Positions 50,745 through 60,000 of a DNA stretch of 60,000 nt are shown piece by piece (positions within the stretch are counted from its first letter, which is position 1; each line of letters opens with the position of its first letter). The notes under the pieces are model-generated. The model searched no databases, was not told the DNA's origin, and saw nothing but the letters and a program-made list of their open reading frames with translations. Position numbers and translations under genes: made by a program. Source of the DNA: Malacoraja senta (lineage: Eukaryota); assembly GCA_038087875.1 (NCBI GenBank), contig CM075990.1, positions 6,946,001-7,006,000 of the forward strand, read 5' to 3'.

Positions 50745-51185
50745 GTGCACGCACAACTCTGCGCGTGTTTCTGTGCATGTGCGAGCACGCAGGTGCCTCT
50801 GTGCGTGTGCGAGCACGCGTGTACCTCTGTGCGTGTGCGAGCATGTGTGTACCTCTGTGCGTGTGCGAGCACGTGTGTACCTCTGTGCGTGTGCGAGCAC
50901 GCGCGTACCTCTGTGCGTGTGCGAGCACGCGTGTGCCTCTGTGCATGTGCGAGCACGCGTGTACCTCTGTGCGTGTGCGAGCACTCGTGTGCCTCTGTGC
51001 ATGTGCGAGCACGCGTGTACCTCTGTGCGTATGCGTGCACGCGCGTACCTCTGTGCATGCACATCTCTGTGTTTGCCTGAGTGTGCGTGCATCTCTGTGT
51101 TTGCGCGTGTGGAGATATCTGTGCGCTCGCGTGTGCGTCTGTGCGTGCTTGCCTCTGGGCAGAGAGGGGAGCGCGTCTCTGCGTG
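50745..51185. repeat. 28-bp CpG-rich minisatellite (tacctctgtgcgtgtgcgagcacgcgtg), about 10 copies plus degenerate flanks
   Basis: cctctg recurs every 28 nt from about 50795 to 51050. Confidence 0.92.
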
Positions 51186-52195
51186 TCAAGAGTCAAGTCA
51201 AGAGTGTTTTATTGCCCCATGCCCCCGACAACAACAAAGTGCTTAGATAGACACAAAAAGCTGGAGTAACTCAGCGGGTCAGACAGTATCTCTGGAGAAA
51301 GGGAAATCTGACCCGATGAGTTACTCCAGCTTTTTAGACAATAGACAATAGAAAATAGGTGCAGGAGTAGGTCATTTGGCCCTTCGAGCCAGCACCGCCA
51401 TTCAATGTGATCATGGCTGATCATCCTCAATCAGTGTCTATCTTCAGTTTAAACCAGCATCTGCAGTTCCTTCCTACACAATTAAATCCTTACTTGCAGC
51501 AGCACAACAGAACATGTAAACATAGTACACTGTAAATATAATAAATGAGGAAAAAGGTTCAATGTGTGCATTTATACCTATACACATGCACATAAACATA
51601 CAATCTGAATTGAGTCTGAAGAAGGGTCTCGACCCGAAACTTCACCGATTTCTTCTCTCCAGAGATGCTGCCTGTCCCGCTGAGTTACTCCAGCTTTTTG
51701 CGTCTAGCTTCGATTTAAACCAGCATCTGCAGTTCTTTCCTACACATAAACATACATATATATAGAAACATAGAAACATAGAAAATAGGTGCAGGAGTAG
51801 GCCATTCGGCCCTTTGAGCCTGCACCGCCATTCAATATGATCATGGCTGCATATACTGCATGGATTTCCTCCGGGTGCTCCGGTTTCCTCCCATATCCCA
51901 AGACATGCTGGTCGATATATGAATGGTCACAGTAAATTGTCCCTAGTGTAGGTCGGTAGTTAGAGAAGTGCGGATGTTAGAGCTTATGGAGCGAATAGGT
52001 AACTGGAAAATAAGCAGGGAAGTAGGATTGCCAGCATGGACTTGATGGGCCAAATGGCCCAGGAAATATGAGAAGCTGAACAAATGTTATTATTTTCTTT
52101 CACATCCATGAAACCCTTGGGAGATTTCTCACACTGAAGACACAATGTAAATACTGACATGCATCGAGCCAGTAAATAACTTGAAAATAAATTAC

Positions 52196-52336
52196 CTTCC
52201 ACACAATTCTCCTGCAGGACCTCTGAGGCTTGCAGTAACAAAGCCCAGATGTCATCATCTTCAACAGGGCTTCCCTTGGCCTCCAGAACTTCCGTCAGAG
52301 TCACGTAAGAATTATTCATCTCTGACCTGAGCAACC
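52196..52336 (-). CDS. FRMPD2: FRMPD2-like exon, start of KIND domain (..MNNSYVTLTEVLEAKGSPVEDDDIWALLLQASEVLQENCVE-G)
   Basis: Acceptor tcttccatttcag, donor GAAG|gtaatt, 141 nt, phase 1-1, in-frame ATG at 52319. Peptide matches the KIND N-terminus pattern V(S/T)LxExLExRGxPxxEEEIWxLL of FRMPD2/PTPN13. Confidence 0.85.
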
Positions 52337-54777
52337 CTGAAATGGAAGAAGCGTGGATATGAATCAGAATTGTTGGCAACATCGTAAAAACAACATCGCA
52401 GAATCTCAGGACAGAGACCTTTCAGCCCAATATATCATTTCAGATCATCTATTCATTGATTCGCACACCAACTCCACTATTTCTCACTATCCTGCAATTC
52501 TGTTCATTTTCTGTTAAAGTTCGCGCTAATTCTGCTTTCAATCAATGTGTCACAGATTATTACAGCTTGCTGCATGGGGAGAGATATCTTTTCATTGCCC
52601 ACTTGAGTTACTTTACCAGTTTTCTTAAATCAGTGTCGACTGGCCACTAATTCACCTGCCTGGCAAAGTCATTTCACCACGTTGATTGACAGATTGACCG
52701 ATCTATCGATCGATCGATTGATTGATACTTTATTATCACGTGTGACATGTCGTTACTGCATTTCGTTGTCTCTGTACTTGTACACTGCACAATGACAATA
52801 AAGTTTGAATCTCAATCTGAATCTGAATCTGAAAGTGAAATTCTTTCTTTTGCATAAAATATGCAAAGAGTTGCCATGTATAGGGCACCGGCAAAGTTAT
52901 ATTATTGTCCCCAATGCTGGGTCCCCCCTTTGTTCTCGGCGGCCCCTCAATGCCGGGCCCCTCTTTCTTCTCGGCTTGCATCCTCGACCGACCTCCAGCA
53001 CCCACCGTGGGCCCTTCCTTGGCTGCCCGCCTCCGCGTCCCCTCTTGGACGGTTCCGCGGCACTCCCCTGGAGCTTCTGATGGCCCACCTCGCTCTCCCA
53101 CGGCCCACATTCCTCGACCGCCCACCTCACTCCTCGACGGCCCACCTGGCCCCTCGGCCGCGAGAAAGAATAGCCGCCGAGCAGCAGAGTTCACCTTTCA
53201 GACAAACTAAGCCTTAAGCCGACCGTTTGCAAGCAGTTCACATTCCCCTGTCGGTACATTGCTGGTAATGCCATCACTCAGACCGACTTTCACTTGCACA
53301 GGATGCATGTATGCAGACAGAAACATCACTCTCAGATGTTACATCAGCACAGGGCCATGAATTATTTAGACCTGCAAATTAGTGAGAGTTAGAAAGCACA
53401 CAAACACCAAGACTTCAAACAAGTGAACCCCTGGATATGATCATCACCACAGCTTGCATACAATGCCCACCTCAATACAATGCCAAGCACAGAGAATGCT
53501 TTGCAATGGTCCATCCATTAGTCTTAGGGTTTGTTCCCTCCCCAAGTCTAGAGTCAGGGGTTGTTTTATCATCATATGTCCCAAAACAGAACAATTAAAT
53601 TCTCAGCGTAACAGGTTTGTAAAGAGAGTACTCAATAGATAATATAACAGACAAACAAAAAGAAAGTTCAATAGGTTAGTTGGTTACGGTAAAATTGTAA
53701 ATGGTCCCTGGTGTGAGTAGGATAGTGTTGGTGTGCGGGGATCGCTAGTCGGCGCGGACTTGCTGGGCTGAGGGGCCTGTTTCCACACTGTATCGCTAAA
53801 CTAAATAACTAAATAAATAAATTAAATAAAAACCCAATTTAAAAAAAAGAACCAAACAAAGCCTCAAGGTTGCTAGTGTAATAGGAGCAGGGGTAGGCCA
53901 TTCGGCCCTTCGAGCCAGCACCGCCATTCAATATGATCACGGCTGATCATCCAGAATTCCTGCTTTCTCCCCATATTCCGTGATTCCGTTAGCTAGTCAG
54001 TTTGAAGTTCGGAGTTTAGTTGGAGTTTGCAGCGTTCAATAGCCTGATGGTTGTTGGGAAGAAGCTGTTCCTGAACATGGAGCTTTCAGTTCTGTGATCC
54101 AATACCTTCTTCCCGATGGCAGGAGGCAGATGAGAGCGTAGCCAGGGTGGTGTTGGTCCTTGAAAAAGTTGGCTGCCTTTTTGAGAAAACACCTCGTATG
54201 GACCCCTTCGATGGTAGGAGGTCAGTACCGTGCTGAACCATGGAGAAGCGTCTCGACCTGAAATGTCACCTCTTCCTTTTCCTCAGACTAAGATGCTGTC
54301 TGACCCACTGAGTTACTCCAGCTTTTTGTGTCTATCGCCCGTGATGGACCATGTCATTACACATTTGGAACGTTGTAGTCCCTAATGGTTCCCATTTTCG
54401 AGAAGATGATTTGGTATAAAGTATAGAGAGGAAGCCATTCAGTCGCTTGAACCTCTTCTATCATAGAGATGGATCACAGTTGATCAAAGCAAGAGCCAAG
54501 AGCTATTCAGATGTTGGGTAAATGAAGGTATATGGAGTTAGTGCAAGTGAGCAGCGCTGAGGTTAAAGGTCACCAAGAGCTGGCTGATAGATGAGGAGTT
54601 ACAAAGGGCTGAATGGCCTCCTTCTATTTTTATGTCCAGTTAATTAGATAGTTAGTTGGTTAGCTTATTGTCACATGTACCGAGGAACAGCGAAAAGCTT
54701 TTGTTGCGTGCTAACTAGTCAGTGGAAAGGCAATAACATGATTATTACAATCGAGCCATCCACAGTTTTTTCGTTTT

Positions 54778-55052
54778 TTAGTTTTAGAGATACAGCACGG
54801 AAACAGGCCATTTGGCCCACCAAGTCCACGCCGACTAGCAATCCCCGCACACCAATGCTATCCTGCACACGAGAGACAATTTACAATTAAACCAAGCCAA
54901 TTAACCTACAAACCTGTACGTCTTTGGAGTGTGGGAGGAAACTGGAAATCCCGGAGAAAACCCACGCAGTTCACAGGGAGAACGTACAGACAGCACCCGT
55001 AGTCAGGATTGAACCCGGGTCACTAACGCTGTAAGGCAGCAACTCTACCGCT
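54778..55052 (-). mobile_element. HE1-like V-SINE
   Basis: Family consensus in reverse. Confidence 0.8.
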
Positions 55053-55497
55053 ACGTGAATGAGTCTTGCGCTGATATTCTGATTCCATCTACCTGTTTTG
55101 GCTCCAGAACTTTTGTACCAAACAGAAACATCTGTGTAGAAGTTATTTTTTGTCATTTTTGCGTAAATCTATTCATTTTAGTCCAGTCATATAGGAAACA
55201 GTTTGTGAGACAGCTGGTGGCCGGCCGCTTAACAGCATGCGGTGAAGGTTCGATTTTACATCTGTCTGAATTAAAATTTGTGCATTAATCAATTAGGCAG
55301 GGCTCAGCACTGAAGCTCCAGCAGAAGACCCGAGCTTCAGGAACATGGCTCTGATCCGAGACTGGACCCAGCCACTGCAGTTAATGACCATAAGGTAAGT
55401 CACAGTTGATTTCTATCTCAGTTTGTGTCACTCGGTATGGCCAAAGGGGCATCTGGCCATAGAGTCCAGAGAGATGCAGCACAGAAACAGACCCTTA

Positions 55498-55964
55498 AGG
55501 GCCTGTCCCACTTGGCCGTCATTTGCGCCTCATTTACGCGTTATATGTAAATTAGGTCGACGCATTGTGACACCTGGGGTGCGCATGGTGAGGCGTGGAA
55601 TCGTATGCTGTGGCGTGCGGTATCGTGCGGCGCTCCAGGATTTAGTACAGGAATGAATTCCTTGCGCACCACCTGCGTGACGTATCGCGTATGCACGCTG
55701 ATGCTTTGGGTACGCACGCTGACGCATTGGCGTCGTACGCTGGCGTCCCGACGTCTCACGTGAATCGCGTGGTAACGCATGGTTACGTCACCGTGCGTCA
55801 ACATCCTTGCGTCAACGTCCTGCCACGCGCCGCAGGGTATTCTAATGACGTCACACGCACCAGACTCGTGATTTGCGCGCGACGTCGTGCATCACGACGC
55901 GTTGACCTATTTTACATATGATGCATAAATGAGGCGCAAATGACGGCCAAGTGGGACAGGCTCT
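55498..55964. mobile_element. Harbinger-type MITE
   Basis: About 39-bp TIR agggcctgtcccacttggccgtcatttgcgcctcattta, TTA TSD. Confidence 0.9.
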
Positions 55965-57185
55965 TTACACTCACCAAATCCACAAAGATCACACAGCCTC
56001 CACTGTTCCAACCATCTTACCATCCATCGTTTTATTCTCTCCACATTCACAGGGGGGATTTACAGTGATCAATTAACCTGTCAACAACGAATTGAGGGTA
56101 GACAAAAAATGCTGGAGAAACTCAGCGGGTGAGGCAGCATCTATAGAGAGAAGGAATTGGCAACATTTCCATTGCAAATTCCTTCTCTCCATAGATGCTG
56201 CCTCACCCAGTGAGTTTTTCCAGCATTTTCTGTCGACATTTGATTTTTCCAGCATCTGTAGTTCTTTCTGAAACAACAAATTGAGGATGTGGGAGGAAAC
56301 TGGAGCACCCAGAGTGAACCAGTGGAGTCACAGGGAGAGCGTGCAAACTCCACAAAGATAGCACCCAGTTGCTGCAGCTGTGAGGCAGCAGCTTCATTAG
56401 CTGCACCTCTCCAGCCAGCTGGTGGGGGTGAGGGGGGAAGGTTGGCTTATGAGGAAAGGTTACCTGAACTGGAGTTTAATAAGAGGAAGGAGAGACAACT
56501 GAGGGGTCTCAATGGAGTGGATGTGAGGAGGATACCTCCTCTTGAGAAAGAACCTAGAACTTGGGGCCTCTTTAAAAATAACTGGTCACCCATTTAAGGC
56601 AACCAAGCACCAATACTTTTGTTTCTCTGAAGGACATGAAACATAGAAACATAGAAAATAGGTGCAGGAGTAGGCCATTCGGCCCTTCAAGCCAGCACAG
56701 CCATTCAATAAGGTCATGGCTGATCATCCAAAATCAGTACCCCATTCCTGCTTTCTCCTCACATCCCTCGATTCCATTTTTGAGTCTTTGGAAATCTTTC
56801 CCTTAAAGGGCAATTCATGCAGATTGCTTGAATATTTTTAAGACAGAGATGGATGGATTCTTAATTAGGAAGAGGATGGACAGTCACCAGAGGTAGGCAG
56901 CAATATGGAATCGAGGTTACAATTAGATTAGTCGTGATCGTATTTAATGGTGGAGTAAGCTGAATGGCTGGAATGGCCAACTATACCTGCTGGTTCATAT
57001 GCTTGTTAGCTTCCTGCCTGCCATTATAGCAAGTTAGAGTGTGTCATACCTATAACACAGGTCGTTCCATTTGGATTTTGACTGAACCTATCCTAAAGAG
57101 GATGATACAGCCCATAGCTGGCCCTTTGGCCCAATGAGACCATGCTGACCCACATCCGACCATTCACACCAATCCCCTGTTATTT

Positions 57186-57460
57186 TTAGATACACAGGCC
57201 CTTCGGCCACCTAGTCCATGTCGACCAATGATCCCCACACACTAACACTATCCTACATACATTAGGGACAATTTACAACTATACCAAACCAATTAACTTA
57301 CAAACCTGTACGTCTTTGGAGTGTGGAAGGAAACGGGAGAACCCGGAGAAAACCCACGCAGATCACGGGGAGAACGGTACAAACTCCGTACAGGCAGCAC
57401 CCGCAGTCAGGATGGAACCCAGGTCTCTGGCGCTGTGAGGCAGCAACTCTACCGCTGTGC
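57186..57460 (-). mobile_element. HE1-like V-SINE
   Basis: Family consensus in reverse. Confidence 0.8.
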
Positions 57461-58354
57461 CGTTAATCTCTCCACATTCCCATCCACCCTGCTAGTTTCT
57501 CCTGCTCACATACATATTTACGGAGCATTTACCGCAGCCATTTACCCAAACTATGAAGAGATGTAGGAGGAAACCGGAGCACCCGGAGGAAACCTACACG
57601 GTCACGAGGAGAACGTGCAAACTCCACACAGACAGGACCAGAGGTTTGGATAGAATCTCAGTCTCTCCAACTTTGAGATAAAGGAATACTAACTATACCA
57701 ACCGTGAGGTACTCAGATATACCAATTATGTGCCAGCCATAAATGTCACTAAAAAGACACAGTGAAATTTAAAGGGCATTTCAACCATTTCCAGTCTGAT
57801 TTCTTGCATTAGCTTCTTAGCAAAACACAGACAGAACATTAGCTGCTGAGAAAGGCTGGATTGGAATCATGAGAACACACCTTCTTCAGGAAGTCATTAA
57901 TTATGGAGAAGGGGAAGCTTATTCATGTTTCATTAAAAAAGTAATTGGACATCTTGTGCATGGAAATTAATTTCAAGAAATCTTCCACAGTTGTCCTGCC
58001 TCAAGATGTACTAATTTGAAAAAGTTCCCCAGAGGCTAAACCATCACTGAAATAGATGCCTTGAATTTTGCTTAGGCTATATAGACTTTCACACAAGAGG
58101 CTTTCTTTCACTTGGGGACCAATGGGGACATTATCTCCATGTATTTACCTCAGTCTTCCATCAGACTCCTCCATCCCCATTTTACATTTGGGATAAGATG
58201 ATAAAATAAAATCCAGAGGTAATTCCTGGAGTCAGTGCTGGATAGAATCATAGTCAGAGTCATACAGCAAGGAAACAGGCCCTTCAGCCCAACTTGCCCC
58301 ATCCAGCTAGTCTCACCTGCCCTGAAATGCTGTTATAGTACCTACTTCAACTAC

Positions 58355-58690
58355 AATAATAATGGATGGGATTTATATAGCGCCTTTCTAATACTCAAGG
58401 CGCTTTACATCGCATTATTCATTCACTCCTCAGTCACACTCGGTGGTGGTGAGCTACTTCTGTAGCCACAGCTGCCCCTGGGGCAGACTGACGGAAGCGT
58501 GGCTGCTAATCTGCGCCTATGGCCCCTCCGACCACCACCAATCACTCACACACATTCACACACATTCACACGCAGGCAAAGGTGGGTGAAGTGTCTTGCC
58601 CAAGGACACAACGACAGTATGCACTCCAAGCGGGATTTGAACCAGCTACCTTCCGGTTGCCAGCCGAACACTTAGCCCTTTGCGCCAAAC
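58355..58690 (-). mobile_element. CORE-type tRNA SINE (AFC/teleost-like), distinct from HE1
   Basis: Minus strand has B box ggttcaaatcc, CORE-like gtccttgggcaagacactt and L2-type tail gtaaagcgccttgag...gcgctatataaat...(att)n. Confidence 0.75.
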
Positions 58691-59387
58691 TACCTCCCAT
58701 GGCAGCTTGTTTCATATACCCATCACCCTCTGTATGAAAAAGTTGCCTTCATATTCCTACTATTTTTTTCCCTCTCATCTTACATCGATGTCCTCTGGTT
58801 CTTGATGCCTCTACTCTGGGTAAAGGTCTCTATGAATTCACCCAAAACATCCCCCTTATGATTTTATACATCTCTAGATCAACCTTCAACCTCCTGTGAC
58901 CCAAAGAATAAAGAATAAAATCCTCGCCTCACCCATGGCACTCCCTCATTTTGATCCTGAGGACTGTGGTGAGTACCTACTCTAAAAACAAAACCACAAG
59001 GCCCAACTTTCACTGACACACTGTCAGAGATGATGTAGTCTTCGTCCTTCTTCCCCAGGTTGGTATATATAGGGTGTCACAGTGGCACAGCTGGGAGAGC
59101 TTCCATCTCAGAGTCCAGAAACCCTGGTTCGATCCTGACCTCGGGTGCTGTCTACATGGAGTCTGCCCGTTCTCCTCGTGACCATATGGGTTTCCACTGG
59201 GAGCTCTGCTTTTCCTCCTGCTTCACAAAGATGTGCGGGTTTGTAGGTTAACTGGCTTTTACCAATGGCCATAATATGCAGGGAGTGGATGAGAAAATGA
59301 GATGACATAACTGGTGTGAGCGGGAGATCGATTGTCTCAGTGGGCCGAAGGGACTGTTTCCGTGCTGTTTCTCTACACGAAACTAAA

Positions 59388-59770
59388 AGATGAGGGGGGA
59401 TCTCATTGAAACATATGGAATAGTGAAAAAGATAATGCTGAGAGGATGTTTCCACTAGTGGGAGAGTCTAGGACCAGAGGCCATAGATTTAAATTAAAAG
59501 GACATACCTTTAGAAAGATGAGGGGGAATTTCTTTAGTCAGAAGGCAGTGAATATGTGGAATTCTTTGCCAAAGATGACTGTGGAGGCCGTCAATGGATA
59601 TTTTTAAGGCGGAGATTGACAGATTCTTGAATAGCAAGGGTGTCAGGGGTAATGGGGGGGGGGGGGGCGATGGCAGGAGAAGGGGTTGAGTGAGAAAGAT
59701 AGATCAGCCAAGATGAATGGTGGAGTAGACTTGATGGGCCGAACGGCCTAATTCTGCTACTAGAACTTGT
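59388..59770 (+). mobile_element. CR1 LINE 3' end, preceded by a V-SINE at about 59075-59387
   Basis: gatctcattgaaacatat...gtggaattctttgcc...tail. Confidence 0.8.
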
Positions 59771-60000
59771 TGAACAGGCACAGAAAGTGCTAAGAAAACA
59801 TGCGGGGGACACAATTTCTTGGCGGCCACCCGCACGCATGCGCACACACGCGAGGCTTCGGCCGTGGGCCCTGCGGACGGTAACATCGGGAGCTGACCTG
59901 TTTGGTGATCGACTCCGAACTCCCAGCAACAGCAGCTTCGTCCGCCCCGAATCATGGGGCTTGAATCGGCCCGTTCACGGGGTCTTTCATCGACCGGCGG

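Noticed and set aside
50649..51269. Multiple overlapping 110-177 aa ORFs
   Set aside because: They arise from a stop-poor 28-bp minisatellite.
52196..52336. Assignment to PTPN13, KNDC1 or SPIRE
   Set aside because: PWSxLLSAxG, MHVYSLGMTLYW and linker RLSSGS fit FRMPD2 better from recalled sequences. PTPN13 is not formally excluded without a search.

Overview
This is eukaryotic vertebrate DNA, most likely from a cartilaginous fish (skate or ray). That is inferred from HE1-type V-SINEs and CR1/HER1-like LINE tails. The window is largely the intron-rich 5' part of one minus-strand gene encoding an N-terminal KIND domain, best matching FRMPD2. Six phase-consistent GT-AG coding exons lie at 52196-52336, 39240-39400, 23638-23703, 18090-18275, 14918-15047 and 10996-11385, with a weaker candidate at 6858-6931; the FERM/PDZ exons would lie left of the window. 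Much of the rest is transposon-derived: about 20 HE1-like SINEs, CR1, Rex1 and Tx1/L1 fragments, a Penelope GIY-YIG fragment, ten PIF/Harbinger-type MITEs, a hAT MITE, a Tigger-like element and an unclassified 1-kb element with a 7-bp TSD. The most striking signal is about 25 short Penelope-terminal-repeat-like units carrying a minimal hammerhead-ribozyme motif (CTGAAGA-stem II-GAAACGTC). Many are arranged as fold-backs, and one has an apparent 18-bp target duplication. Most ORFs in the supplied track are spurious or repeat-derived. Family assignments rest on recalled motifs; no database search was run.
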